From the NCBI GenBank assembly GCA_001244265.2, contig CDLV01000006.1:372001-436000 (forward strand): a stretch of 64,000 nt of DNA. The letters run 5' to 3'. Positions 36,647 through 50,743 of this stretch are shown piece by piece (the stretch's first letter is position 1; each line of letters begins with the position of its first letter). The stretch is from Microbotryum violaceum (Eukaryota). The position numbers were made by a program, and so were the translations under genes. The notes under the pieces were generated by a model. That model saw only the letters and a list, made by a program, of their open reading frames with translations. It was not told the origin of the DNA and ran no database searches.

Positions 36647-39600
36647 ATGAACATCAGCCCCGAGCTTCCCCAGATCCCTGAAGGCGATTACGATTTCGAG
36701 CGAGCTTCTTGGACGGGGGGGTCAATGGACAGTTTCGAAGGCCATGCACTGGAGTCGGACCAAGACGTACTTCGCCAGACACAACTGTTTGAAATGACTT
36801 CCGCTTTGGAGACGACATCCCCCGCCCTGCAGCCCCTCGACAATTACAGTTCGAGCTCGCTCCCATTCGACGACGACGATCCACTTGTCGTCGAGGAACT
36901 TTGGGGAGCGGATCAACGGTTGGGTGCCAATGGTGTCTACAACACACCCACCACATCCCGATTGTCCAGCTCCCAGGAGCGCGCAGTGGCAGAGGAGGAA
37001 GTTCGCCAAGAAATCGAGTTGGGTGAGATTCATATCATAAATTGGATGTTGCTAGTGAGTAGGCGAGTGCTGCGTCCCTGATGTGAACCTCTGCTCCACT
37101 GCCTTCAGCCAAGGCTCTCCCGTACTACGATGTGGACACACTGTACGACTTTTCTTTTCGACATATGTACAACATGACGCGCCAGGCGAGCAAAATCTGG
37201 GAGGTACTTGGGAGTCGGCCTAGTTTGCAGAAAGTACGTGCTCGAGTGTTTGCATTGACAGGTAAGTAGTCGGGCTGCATTCCGTTCTTGATCTTGAAAG
37301 CGCAGTGTTCGCTGACAGTTCGTCGATTTAGGCTTGAAGCCTGTTCGGATACCCTGCTGCGTCAAGACCTGTGTTGCTTTCACTGGGCCGAGAGAAGCAT
37401 TGACACGTTGTCCAGTATGCAATTCGCCGAAACTGGATCAAAATGGCCATCCTCAAAATACATTTCTGTACCTGTCGCCCGACGTGTACTTAAACATCTA
37501 CCTGCGCGATCGAGTGTACGCCTCCTTGATGCGTTATCGATCCGACTTTGAGCGCAATCGAGATCCTCAAGAGGTCGTGGACTTATTTGACGGTGATCGT
37601 TATGGCGAGAAGCTGGATCAGAACATATCATGGACGAATCCACCTATCGCAGGTGCATCCCAACCGACCGTCTCTACAATCAACGTCAAGTATTATGAGA
37701 ACGATGTCGACGTCGCGTTCGGGCTGTTCACCGATGGCATTCAACTATTCAACAAGACTCAGAGCGAATGCTGGCCAATCATGATGATCAATTACAACCT
37801 ACCGCCAGAGATACGTTACAAGAAGAAGCATCTCATGACCGTCGGCATCATACCCGGCCCCAAGGGCCCCAAAGACATTGATTCATTTCTTCATCCCCTA
37901 TACGAAGATGCTCGAGCATCGGCTAGAAACGGACACATGGTCTTTGACGGTGTTACAGAGGTGTGTAATAGCGTCGCCGAGTTAAGTCCTGCATATCCTC
38001 CGCCCCGTGGAGACTGATGCACATTGCCGCATTGACAGACCATGGTGCGACAGCGATGGTTCATACACGTGATTGAGGCGACGGACCTGCTCTCTCAAAG
38101 ATGCTTGGTTTCAAGGGTCCAACCGCCAAATGGCCTTGCCGAGTCTGCCTCATTCAAGGAGTTCCATGCGCTGCTGCCCACACTCACAACTACTACCCCC
38201 TCAAGATGCCTCTCGACTCATCGCATGCGAACCGATCTGATCTGACCGCTTTGGATCTTCCCATGCGTTCGGAAGCAACGATCCGCGAAGCGGCATCGGA
38301 AAAAAATCCTACATTCGGCCTCAGCAAGCTGAGCTCGGCGGCGCACCTTCCTGGATTTTCGCTTCATCAAGACGGACCTTCGGACTTCATGCACGCTGTC
38401 TTCGAAAACGTCGCTCGAAAGCTCTTCAATATGTGGCATGGTGACTTGGTGGCTCAGAAATCAAAGGGTTACAAGACCCAGGCGCCACAAGCTCAGAGAG
38501 GCAGATCCGCGCAAGGAAAGGTGACATCGGCGGCTAGTGCAGAAGCAACAACGTCCGCGGCCGCAGTAGACGAAGCGCTTGGGAACGACTTACCTGACTG
38601 GGTGATACCAAACAAAATATGGGAGGTCATTGGCCAGGAAATCACCAACGGCGCAAAGACAATACCCAGCCTATTCGCTCGAAAGATGCCCAACATCCAC
38701 CTACAGACTGGAGCAATTGCAGAGGATTGGTCGAACTGGATTCTCTATGTTGGCCCCTGTGTTCTTCATGATCGACTGCCCGCCAAATATTTCGCCCACT
38801 TCTTGGCGCTTCGGAGGTGGGTTAAAGATTGCATGGCTATGACAATCAACAAGGAGGATGTAGCCAAGGATGGCGCTCTTCGACGTGACATAGCCTCCTG
38901 GTGTACCGAGTTTGAATCGTAAGCCCTCACGGTGCCACTCTTCCCTGAAGGACCTTAGTCATCTGACCCTAATCTGCCTTGTTTACCTCGGCTTCAGATT
39001 ATATTACTCAGGGAAATCAGCTCACTTGATCAATCTGCCGCACTCGGTTCATGCGGTCTTACACATAGCCGATGTCATCGAATGGCATGGGCCACCTGCC
39101 ATGACTTGGTGCTTTGCCATGGAGCGGCTCAACCAAACGGTCAAGCGTGTCGCAAGCAAGGCTCATCGTTTACCATATGAAGCAGTGAATCGTTGTCAGT
39201 AATGCTCTGCCCAAGGAATACGAGTTGATTGCGATGTAAAATCTCTGACCACTTCTCTGTAACCCATGCAGATGTGTGTGCGGATGCTGCCTTGCAAATG
39301 GCGTGTTCGCGCTTTCCTCGCTTCTCTTATCCCATCACTGTACCGGCACTGATGAAGCATCAGCAGGACAAGCAGATGGAGCTCGAGCAGATGCAACAGT
39401 CACGGGGGTTTTTCATGAACGCAACGGGAGATCAAATGCGCGGTTCGTCCGCGGCCGCATCACGACAAGCTTCGAGTGAAAATGGGGACTCGGGGGCCGA
39501 AGCTTTGGGTCTTTACGGACGGCGCAGTGACAAGCTGAAGCAGGGACCGGGTATCAACGATGTAATGCGAGTTGCGCAACTCATTGCACGCGAATTGTTT

Positions 39601-40436
39601 GGTCAGCTGGCCCCTGTGGTCTTCAAGCGAAAGGTGCGTATTCACATTTGGTTCAGATCCATCCGGCATTTCGAATTGCTAATCTGCGGCTCACTGCCGC
39701 ATAGGTTGACGCAATCAGGACATCAATTTTGAGCTTGTCGATCAATTCTTTTGAAGGCTACCGCATGGACTCTGGACGGGACCGGATTGCGGCGGCGGAG
39801 CGACTGTCAAAGCATGCAAGAGTTTCTGCAGACACACGGGATGCTTCATGGATCTCAGTAAGTTATAGTACCAGGTTACGATTACAGTTACGCTGAGGAA
39901 GCATTTTCAGTACGATCTATTGATAGACAGTAGTCGACGTCGTGCAAGAGACAACTCTCAGGCGTTCCCTCGTGAAGGCGAAGGAGCCGATCGTGTCAAA
40001 CATTTTGGTCAACTTTTGGCGATTTATGAGTTCCGATATGGGGAGCAGGTGCGCGCATTCGCACTTGGTTGTGCCAGGCGGCCTTACGACCCTGACACAT
40101 TCCTCTCGCTTCATAGAACTTCCTGCTTGGGAAGGTACGGTCGCTTGGTTTGAGCCACTTGCAACCTGTCGACACGGTCGAACGGGCCCCGATTGCCAAG
40201 CCGACGCCAAAGCGGCAAAAGAGGAAGGCTTTGTCTGTTGTAGGAGGGCACAAGCATCAGAATTTGTCCTTCACTCAAGGTAAACGTGCTTCAGGAGCGG
40301 TCGAGATTGTGGATCTGCGGTGCATCCTGGGCTCAGCTGGTCGCATACATCGGAGGGTTGGTCGAGAGGAGTCCCGGGAGTACATCTTTGACCGGATGGA
40401 TGACGAAGCTCGGCCCAATTTTCTGAACCTGGAATA
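36647..40436 (+). mobile_element. CACTA/EnSpm-type (Transposase_21) transposase gene with introns, frameshifted
   Basis: CCVKTCVAFTG..CPVC; LFTDGIQLF..CWPIMMINYNLPPEIRY..IPGPKGPKDIDSFLHPL; GDGPA; DFMHAVFEN; HAVLHIAD..GP..WCFAMER. 1-nt frameshift near 38075. Confidence 0.9.
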
Positions 40437-40609
40437 ATACACTGGCTTCCTTCACTCGTCTGTTTCATCCACTGCCAGAGGCAAGAGTGTTACAGAGAAG
40501 TTCTAGACATCCGAGTGGTGGTATTGCGGTGGTAACAACCCAGACCCGGTAGTAACTACGCTGCACGTACAGAAGAAACCCGGAGGCCGGGGGAATAACC
40601 ATCCAGGCA

Positions 40610-41017
40610 GATATTACCCATGTCAAAGTTAATACCCGGCTGGGGGGTATTACCGCGCGCCTGGTTATTACCCCTTCAGCTGGGTATTACCCCCCTTCAG
40701 CTGGGTATTAACCCCGTTCAGCTGGGTATTAACCCCCAGCCGGGTATTACCCCTCGACTGGGTATTACCCAGAGAGATGGGTAATACCCGGCTGGGGGGT
40801 ATTACCGCGCACCCGGGTATTCCCCGTCGGCTGGGTATTACCCGCGGAGATGGGTAATACCCGTCAGAGAGTTAATGCCCGACGTGGGGTTAATACCGCG
40901 CGCCTGGGTATTGCCCGTCAGCTGGGTATTACCCAGGCGCGCTCGGGACAATACCCAGGTGAGACCTGGGTAATACCCTTCAGAATGGGTATTACCGGAA
41001 TTAACCGACCCTCAGTG
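40610..41017. repeat. Subterminal repeat array and probable right terminus (CAGTG) of the CACTA element
   Basis: About 20 copies of quasi-palindromic GGGTA(T/A)TACCC, mostly at 18-21-bp spacing, ending ...GACCCTCAGTG. Confidence 0.8.
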
Positions 41018-41859
41018 CGTCGCGTCACACTGACGAAATGAGCCGAGATTGACCTGGAAGACTGTGTCAGATAAGCGGTGGCTTTATAAAAGGCCATTCC
41101 CCAGCCGTCCCCAGAGATCGCTGACCATCATTTTTAAGGTGGCCAGCGCGGATTTTGGGTCATCGTCTGTCCTGTATTCTCCGTAAAAAACTCCTTGCCA
41201 AAATGCCCGGACGTGACAGCCCGCCTTATCGCTGTCTGGAGCCGGAATACTTCGAGTCTCACACGAATGGCCAGCCAGTCTGCCTATATGTGTCTCCTCC
41301 GACACTTCCGAATATCTCACATCTTGTTGTACTTATGCTGTTGCTGGACTCCATGAGTTGAAGAAAAATTGGAAAGACAAAGATCAAAAAAAAAAAACGC
41401 GAGACGACCCGATCTGGTGCAGTGAAAGTGAGTACGTATAGTGGCCCGTTGGCTGAGCCGGGGGTGGGAGACAGTTCGTCAAAGTTTTCAACAAATATTC
41501 ACGATACAGGCTGATGTTGAGTTTGCAAGAGGGCGTACTAGTAGTAGATTGATCGCCTGCCGCATTCAATTATGTATTGCCCGGCGCGGGCCGGCCGTCT
41601 CCCGCGTCTCCCGCGTCTCACCTCGGTGCTTGTGTCCGTGACTGCTGCCTACGAGACTCGCGCGTCAGATCGTCAGATCACCACACCAACACCAACCACC
41701 CTTGACAGCTCTTGGCAGCTCTTGACGGCTGTTGGCCAAGGCGGCGCTTGGTCGTGCAGTGGACACTGGAGCGCATTAGGACCCCTTTCCCCTGCAGTCG
41801 GCTCCGATTGTCGTGGCCAAGACTCGGCGTTGAACGTTGACCGGTTGACCTGATCTCGC

Positions 41860-44078
41860 ATGAGCGGTGCGGCCCGAGCCGACAGCGCCGCGTATCCGAA
41901 CGAAGAAGGAGCCTGCGCGGATCAGGCCGCGTCCAGCTACAGCAAGCGCAGTGACACGCCACAGCAAGCCCCGGACTACGCACAAGACCACGAGTCCGGC
42001 CACGACGAGCTCGGCGACGACGACGACCAAGGAGAAGAAGACTACGACGAGGACGACGACCAGCGACTTTCGATCGACGCGATGACGACCCTTTCGTCCC
42101 ATTCGTCGCGCCTGTCGCAGTCCAGCCCCTTGCTGCGCTCGCAGCAGAGTCAAGGCGGTATGGCAGCGTCCACGTCCACGTCCATGTCCACGTCGACCTG
42201 GTCCGGCTTCTTCGCACATAGCAACAACCAGGCCGCGCTGTCTATCGTCGCCGTGTGCTGCTCCTCGCTGTCCATGACGGTCGCCAACAAGGTCAGTGTT
42301 CGATTGGACTGGGAACGCGCTGGTCAGCAAATCAATTGGCTACGTGACCACACCATCGTCGCTGCCGTCGTCACCATCATCACCACGCGTCGTGCTCCGG
42401 CGCGACGAGTGCCAAGTGGGCGACAAGTCGGATACGATCAAGTGGTCGTCTTGGCGCAAGATCTTCTTCGGTGAGGTACAACAGACCCTAACAAAAGATG
42501 TATTGTCTCCCAACGCCGCAGTATATCGTGTCGGGCAGGGATTTCTCGATGAACTTTCTCATGCTCGCGGTGCAGAGTTGCGTCAGTGCCGCAGCCGTTC
42601 GCGGGGCAAAGTCGTCGGCCGTGAGTGCTTTCCCTTCCGACCGACGTCTACATCGCGGATACTCAACACACCCTCGAACCGGACTCATCGTGCTTGGCTA
42701 CAGATCATCACCTATCCCGATTTTCACTGGGATAGCGCTCGGAATTGGGCGCCCGTGTCGCTGGGTCTAGTCGCATTGATGTACTCTGGCTCAAAGGCCC
42801 TGGTCAGTCGGGGAGACTTCGACTCCGAGAAGGTGTCGGTCGAGTTGGCTGACATCGTAACCCAAACTCACAGCAATATTTGTCGATACCTGTCTACGTT
42901 ATCTTCAAAAATCTTACCATCATTCTCATCGTACGTCGGGTCCCAGAAATCCCGGTGCGATGGCCTCGCTGATGGTTGTCAAAACTCGTTTGTTGCGCAG
43001 GCGTACGGCGAGAAAATCTGGTTCGGCGGCGCCGTCACCCAACTCGAGCTACTGTCATTCGTTTTCATGGTCCGTAACTCCCAGAGGGTCTCTGCGACAT
43101 TGTCTTCGACCTTGGGCTAACAACACATCGCATCCTAGATTCTCTCCTCGGTGATTGCTGCCGGCCCCAATATTGTGGCCGCGTTCTCCCCCTCGGCCGA
43201 TGAACTGCCGTCAGCAAAAGGCACCGACACAGGCATCGGATACCTCTGGATTGCCATCAACTGCCTCGTCAGCGCAGCATATGTCAGTCCCTACCCGGCC
43301 CAAGCTGTCCCCGCACGGTCAGCTCTGCTTACGGTCTCGGTTATCTTTAATAGATCTTGGGCATGCGCAAGAAAATTAAGGCGATGGCCTTTACCGACTG
43401 GCAGACCAGCTTTTACAACAACGCAATAAGCACTCCTGTACTCTTGCTCGCTAGCATCATGTTTGAGGGTTGGTCCCCATCGAACTTTGCCCTCAATTTG
43501 TGAGTCGAGTGGCTATGGGCCGACTTCACTGGACGAGTGCTTTTGAGCTGACCCAACAATTTCCCCAGCCCCTCCGACGCACGGTCTCATCTTATCTTCG
43601 CCATGTTGCTCTCCGGATTTGTGGCTGTATTCATTAGCTTTTGCAGGTGCGTGTACCGCCCCTGGGCTGATGCACCGCGAGACGTATGGCGGGATCCAGA
43701 AATAGAACGCTGAGCCGCCTAGTCGTGCCCTCATTCAGTGCTTGGTGTATTCGTGTGACGTCGTCGACAACGTATAGGTGTGCTCTTCGCTATCCCACCT
43801 TCATGTGTCGTAATGAGGTTCATAGCTGAGCTATTGGTTTCGCCGTTTGTAGCATGATCGGCGCCCTCAACAAGCTTCCTGTCGCGATCAGCGGCATGGT
43901 ATTCTTCCATGACCCTGTCACGCTACGATCCGTCAGTGCGGTCACCATAGGTTTCGCGGCCGGGCTGTTGTACACGCATGCCAAGCAAGTGGCCAACGAA
44001 GCCCAGAAGAGAACGCTTGCAGGTCAGTCCATCCACGATCTCCGGGGCTTGCACGCTTTTCGTCGGACGCTCATCTAG
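41860..44078 (+). CDS. VRG4: Golgi GDP-mannose transporter (Vrg4/Gmt-like), multi-exon
   Basis: [53 protein letters not shown] (GALNK motif). Confidence 0.9.
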
Positions 44079-44743
44079 GGTATACGGGCGTACGAAGGAG
44101 CTGAGACTGGACTCACGCTGTCTATGTGCATCTTAGGTTACGCTCCGATCAAGATGACGTCTTCAAGATTCACCCACGACGAATCGGTTCAACGGGTCGT
44201 AACTCATAGCAAGGGGGCGTCGGCGGGAAGGACCGGGGATGCTAGTCTTAGCTTGATCGAACTCCCTGCGAGGAGGGAGAGCGAGTTGACGAAAAATCCA
44301 ACATCGCGTCCACAAAGCTGAAAAATAGGAGAGGCGATCAAATGCTGCCATATTGATCGGACGGTTCACATCCACAGAAACTAGTCTCGAGGGACTATTC
44401 GGGTTGTTATGGCGTCCGGTGTTGCATTAAGTCCGTGCCGAGTTCGGGTGACATTGTACTCCAGGTGCTTCGGCAAGGCACAGTCGTCATCCTCGTTGCC
44501 TAGATAAAAGGTCCCTCTCGTGTTTGAGACTAGCTTTGCAGCGACCACAGCTCTGATTAAATTACAATGTACGGGATTCTATAGCGTTCGCATCGTCTCC
44601 GCCGGACTCGATCACGTCGGATTCCGACTAGCTGACACCTTTGGTAGTTTGATGTCTGCGGGCCTGTTGCTCCAAAACCTGAGGTTTTAACACGTGTCAG
44701 CAAGGAGCGTTGGCAGTCTGGGCCCGGACGAGGACACCTTGAC

Positions 44744-47700
44744 CTACTGTCTGCACCATCCCTGATTCACTTCATCGTATCGGTCGAAGCACGCGCCGTT
44801 GAATGACCACCCAGCATGCTCAGTTGTCGTCAAGTCAAAGATGCACCTGCAAACGAAATGAACGTTTTTAGCAAGGTAGAAATATGAATGAAAGAGTGCT
44901 CGCTCTGCAGAGAAGTAAACCCACCAAGCGGAGCATTGATACTTGGCGCTGGCCTGGAGAGACTCGACATCGAGCACGTCGCGCTTATTGCAAGCCGTTG
45001 GCTTGACCAGTGAGTTGATCCATTCCGTCAGTGCCTTCGTTGACTCGCCGCATCGATCTTGGAGCTCCCGGCCGAAGCCTGTCCGTCTGGGCATCCTGAG
45101 GGCATTCTGAGCAACGGCGAAGTCCGTTTCCTATCATCCCAGTCTGTATTTAGCAAGCATTCACGAGATCTGAAAACGATCCGCCTCCCGAACTCTCACT
45201 CACCCTTCCGTTCTCTAACAGCAAGGTTTGTAATGCGAAGTACGCAGCGGGATTTGGGGTGTGTAAGTCACGTTTGGACGAGGGCAGCCTGGCGAGCTTG
45301 ATCTCGTCAAAAAGTCCCATTAGAGTTTGTCGCCAGTCGAAGGTTGTTTCGACCAGTCGTCGTCCTTGAGCACCGTACTCGCGTCTCAAGTTGGGTTCCC
45401 CGATTAGACGATGGAGCTCGTACGCATACAGAGGCGCGTCCATCTTGTCGTCCATCGTTTGCTCAATCAGAACTCCAGCGGCTTCCGGAGAGTTCTGATC
45501 CACGGCACCGAGCTGTTCGGGCAAAGCGCCGACACGACCAGACACCACAGGCAAAGCCATGGCCATAGCTTCTGCGACGGCAATAGAAATTCCTTCGCCC
45601 ATTGTAGGGAGAAGGAAAATATCCGTCGCAGCCAAGATTTGTTGAGGCTTCCCAACCGTTCCCAACACCCGCACGTAATCTTTGACCTTGTTTTGGCCGA
45701 TTCTCGCTGCGACTTCGCCTTTGAGTGCGCCATCGCCAACCATAAGAATGATGAAGTCGCCAGGCTTGTACTGCCCGATACGCCGCAAGGTGTCAGCGAT
45801 GAGCGGGACAAGTGTTGGTCGCTTTTGGGGGTCTAGGCGGCCGACGATGGTGATGACCGTCGTGCGCGGGTCGATTTCGAGAGCATCCCGTTTTGCGGCA
45901 GCGCGTTCAGACGGGGTTGCAGGAACAAAATCGCCGACTTGGATGCCAAGTTTGACGACACCGATCGCTCCGGCGTCGTGGCCCCGTGCAATGAGCCAAT
46001 CACGCAGATACGACGAGCAGGTGACCGTCCGGGATAGGAATCGCTGAGTGATCACCGAAAGAGTAGGGTAGCCACCGGACTTCCAGCCGTCGTACGCTTC
46101 ATTATGAAGATACTGCGTAGCAGACGTCAAATTCGGATGAGTCATGTGTCGAACGCAGCTCGAAAGGTCGTCGCGAGCTTAACTTACATCGATCATTTTG
46201 ACGTGCGGCATTTGCTCCGCCAATGCCGGCAACATCTCGTAAAAGAGCTGCGAGTTGCTCATGATTATTTCGTCGATACCGCGAGATTGCACAAGGTACT
46301 TGATGTAACGTGGAATGTCATTGGCGCGCAGAAAGCTCGGGACCACGTGGACATCGTGGGTAAATTGAAGAACGGCAGGACGCAGCTCGAGTCCCTCTGG
46401 GTTCTTGTACAGCGTGCAGACAACAGTGACGCGATACCCGCGCTCAGCGAAAAGCTGGATTTGATGGAGAGCCCCAATGTCGGCCCCCCCGATGTAGAGC
46501 CACGGCACGACGAACATGACCGCCTTGGTGAAACGCGCGAGGTGTGATTCGAATGGGGCGTCCCACCGAATCGGCTCCAGCTGCCTCGATGGTCTGGCCG
46601 CAATGTCAGGGAACGTACCACTCGTCAAGAGTGCCGGATGTTTTTTCTCGATACGCCGCTTCAGATCCGAAAACCCGTCTACAAACATGTTGCCCCATCG
46701 TGATTGACGGAACGTCGCGGGATTTCCTCGATACCAGTAGAGAGGCTCGGGAACGCTTCCACCCCAGTGACCGTTCTGTTCGCAGGTGCCAAACGCGATA
46801 GGACGCATGTGAGTGGGATCCACTCGATGAAACTAGCAAACCGCCAGAGGAATGCTCTCACCTCCGCCAAACACATCCAGAAGTCCCAATCCTCTCCCCC
46901 TACAGCGAAGTTTACATCGTCGTATCGACAGCCCGTATTGACAATGGCCCTGGATGTGTAAACCGCGGCGTTTGGCACAAAGTTGCCCTGCGAAAGGTTT
47001 TTGAACGCTCTCAGCCTGCCGCTCCCTGCTGTGACACGGACTGTAGACTGGCCGGAGTAAAAGTGCTCAACTTACGTTGAAAAAATTGGCTGATCCAGAG
47101 TGAACGCCTTGGACGATAGTCTCGTTGTTCGCGTTGAACTTGATGACATGGAAACCGCCAAGATCCCATTCTGGGTTGGACTCCAGCATCCACACGGTCT
47201 GTAGAGAGCCAGCTGGGTCAGCTCGGAGCGTTTTGGGAGCATGGCTCTAAAACGCCGGGAAAAGGTGGGGAAACATGCTTGCGCACCTTTTCGAGAGCTG
47301 TAAGCTCGTACAGGTCGTCGTCGTCTAGACTGGCGATATAGCGAGGTTGTAGACCTGCAGCGATGCGACTCTCGCTGAGGAGCCAGTTCAGGGCCACGTT
47401 GCGGCTGGCAGCGAGGCCTCGATCGCCGGTGTTCTTGAGAATGACCACCCGAGGATCCTTGGCGATACTGGCGAGCATGGCGAGCGAGTCCGTCTCGTTC
47501 GAATGATCATCGACAATGACCCACTGGATGTTCTGCAAGCTCTGGCCGAGCACAGTCTGCGCGGTTTCGAGCATGACGCTGCGGGGGTTTTGAGTCGCAG
47601 TGATGATGGAGAGCACGGGCGCGTTCCGACGTAGCTGACCGGATTTGGCCACGTCAGGAGCCAGCATGAACTGGTTGGAAGCCGGTCGATGCGCAGAGAT

Positions 47701-48174
47701 GGGAGTATTGTGAAAGTGGATCTTCTCGTGAACAAAGTGGATCGGTAGGGCATTGTCCGAGAGCTTGAAGTCGTCGGAGATAGGCCGGTCGGTTCGTCTC
47801 TGCAGAGCTCTCGACAGGCAGCGACTGTTGCTGTTGGGTGTTCTGCCCGGTAGGATCCAACGCGGCAGCAACTTCCAAGATGGCTCGTCGCACGTCGAGC
47901 TATTCCAGAGCGAGAGTGTTCCTGTCGGATTTGTCGACTTGAGACTGGACCAAAAGATGAAGGACAGGAGCGCGACCCCAATCAGGAGCGGACTATTGAA
48001 CTTGCGCCGCCTCGCCAATTTATATGGGCTGAACACGACATTGGGTGCACGACGTGGTTCATGACTGTTGATAAGACCAGAACCTGCCACCGACCCGACT
48101 TGATGGAAGTCGTTCCGCGCTGGCGTTGATCGCGGGGGTGTGGTCCCGAAGCTAGTTGCGGACGCCGGCGACAT
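44744..48174 (-). CDS. Type II membrane bifunctional glycosyltransferase, GT2 (GT-A) + GT4-like (GT-B), with Cys-rich C-terminus
   Basis: TM LLIGVALLSFIFW. GT2: VLSIIT..IVDDHS..NTGDRGLAASRN..SLDDDD..GEDWDFW. GT4: IGGAD, VGRLDPQKRP, DIFLLPTMGEGISIAVAEAMA. Confidence 0.85.
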
Positions 48175-49311
48175 CTTCGGAGGAGGGGTGCCCCGGAGCC
48201 AGGCGGTCACAGGAGGAGAGTGGCGTACCAGCCTAGCGTCGATAACTGCAGCCTTGAGAGCGTCCAACTCCCCTCGGTGTAGAGGTGTTAGCGAATTGCA
48301 AGTGGGAGTGGATGGCACAGCGGCGGGCGCGACCTTTTGAACGGTGGGCAGGTCCCCCGATCAGAGCGATCAGTGCTCGACGCGCTCAGCTGCCCTGACG
48401 AAGTCCTGACCGGCCGGCCTCGCAGCCTGGGCATCCCTCACATCTGGACTCTTCAGATGCCGGACGCGGGAGGGACGTGGGGGATGGGAGTCGGGTCCCA
48501 GTACACCCCACGAAGTAATTCCTCGGCAGCCGAGACACACCACACATCGCCGATCGCTAATACTATAGTACGCCACTTTGATGTGGTAATATTCATGGCT
48601 CACCGCACACCGCGGGCTTATTCAAGCGTTCAGAGTAAGTTAAACCTACTAGGACCCGGCACGGTCTCAGCGGAGCTTTAAGCCGCCTCATTGGAACCAG
48701 TGTTGGCTTACAACCAGGTGAGTGACGTGAATCCAGTCATTTCTAGCTTTCTTTCGAAGCAAGCTGACCCTGCCCCTGGGCTACCGATACCACTGGGCGC
48801 TGGAACTCAAATTAGGCATTTCGCCCATCAAAGCTGTGCCTAGCGAAACGGGACCTTCCCTTCACTCCCTCATCCTTCCTCCCGCAGTCGGAGGCGCTGC
48901 GGCTTTTGAGGTCAGATTCATCGCTAGTTTCCAGGGTAGATTATGCTCATGTGGGAGTCCGAGAGATACTTAGTCACTCTTAGACTAGGTACCGGAAATG
49001 CACGATGATGGTGGCTACCTCTAACTAGAGTGCAGGCCGGAACAGACTCCCAAGTCCGGAATCCGAACACTTTCGGTCCTGTCAAGTGCGACGCACCTGC
49101 GTCGGCCATCGGTCGCCTCGGCGCACCATTGGCTTATAGTGAGGAGCCATAAACTTGCGCGGGACCCTTGGGGCACAAATGGAGCACGAGCCTATTTCGC
49201 TGTCGTCGGTGGACTCGTCACTCACAGCCCTTGTCACCAGCCTCTTCCATCGGTTGCTTTCCTGAGGTTTATGAGCCGCGGTGTGCGTCCGCGGTCTGGT
49301 CGACGCGGATT

Positions 49312-50655
49312 ATGCTGAGCATTTTTTCGACTGTGACCCTGCCATCAGGATCGTCTGATGGCGATCACCGCCGATCGGACTCCTCGCCTGATCATTCGCA
49401 GGCCACCGCGGCGAACGGAACCTCGGATATCAACGCCGAGGCGATCACAACTCCGCCTGCGTTTCTGCCGTCAACGCCTCCAGTTCTCGCGATATCAGAG
49501 CTTTTACCCACCTCGTTGGAGCACGATCATCCCGTCAATGACTCGCCGGCTTGGGGCCTTGCGACACGCCTCCGTCGAGCCACGGCGCAAGCGCACCATG
49601 ACGTGATGTTGCCACGCGTCGTGCACCGACTCTCGTTAGGTGACCTACCCCTCCCTGTCTATATCGCCTACCTCGAAGCCCTCTCCGTCATCTACGAGTA
49701 TCTAGAACGCTACTTGGGTCTCAACGCAACTTGCGAGGTGCTTAGTCCGACGTACGATCCGGCGACGCTCGCGAGATCGGCGGCGATCGAAGCCGATCTG
49801 AGCTACCTCACCCTCAAGCTCCCGCGTGCAAATCGTACACCATCCATCTCTAGCGGTCGGAACTGGCCCTCTGTGAAGCTCTACGCAGAACGGCTGCATT
49901 GTCTGGGTTCCGGCAACAATGGCCTGCCTCACGAATCCTCTGGGCTCGCAATCGCAGCGAAAGTAGCGCAGGAACGCCCGGCGCTTCTGCTCGCTCATGC
50001 TTACACGCGTTATCGTACGTCGGCCTGATGACCCGAGATCGCGGCAATACAAGTGTTCTCATATTTTAGTCTTGTATCATGCAGTTGGGGATCTTTCTGG
50101 CGGGCAATCAATAGCCCGCTCGGTCCGACACGCCTACTCGTTACCGGACTCCGGCGAAGGCTCACAATTTTACCAATTTTTTCCATCCTCGCATCCGAGA
50201 CGGGCTGGGGTTTTCGAACGCGCAAATATACAAGAAATCAGAGATTTGAAGTTTTGGTTCCGAGCAGGTTTAGACTCTGCAGGCCGCGCGACCACCAACG
50301 AACTCGCAAAAGCAATCGAGGAGGAGGCCAAAGTCGCGTTCAAGTACAACGCTGACGTAGGTGGCACCATCGTGGATCGCGTAGTATTCGATGGTACCCA
50401 TCGTACTGACTTGAACTCTGCTATTATCAGATCTTCTCCGATCTTGAGCTGTGCCTGGGCCAATTCGAAAGTGCGGTTAGCGACGGCGACAAGAGTGTAG
50501 CAGAGTCGACGCCTGACGAGAAGGGGACGTTGCCGCCTGTTTGGATGTTGGGTTCAAATGCGCTCACCAGGACACTCACGATGAAGTTGACGATCAGCCT
50601 GGTTGTGCTCTTGGCTTACGTCATCTCGATGATATACATCAAGCCACGGATGTAG
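49312..50655 (+). CDS. HMX1: Heme oxygenase with C-terminal membrane anchor
   Basis: LATRLRRATAQAH, LLLAHAYTRY-LGDLSGGQ, EEAKVAFKYN, C-terminal TM ISLVVLLAYVISMIYI. Confidence 0.9.
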
Positions 50656-50743
50656 ATCAGTGAGCGGTGATATCTTATCTATATCTAGCTCCTTTGTTTT
50701 GTTTGCAATTAGTGTTCTGTATTACAGTTTGCGTCCACAAATA

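Noticed and set aside
40610-41005. CRISPR-like regularly spaced palindromic repeats
   Set aside because: Eukaryotic context, 11-bp repeats with mostly 7-10-bp non-unique spacers, no cas genes; adjacent to a CACTA transposase, so best explained as subterminal repeats
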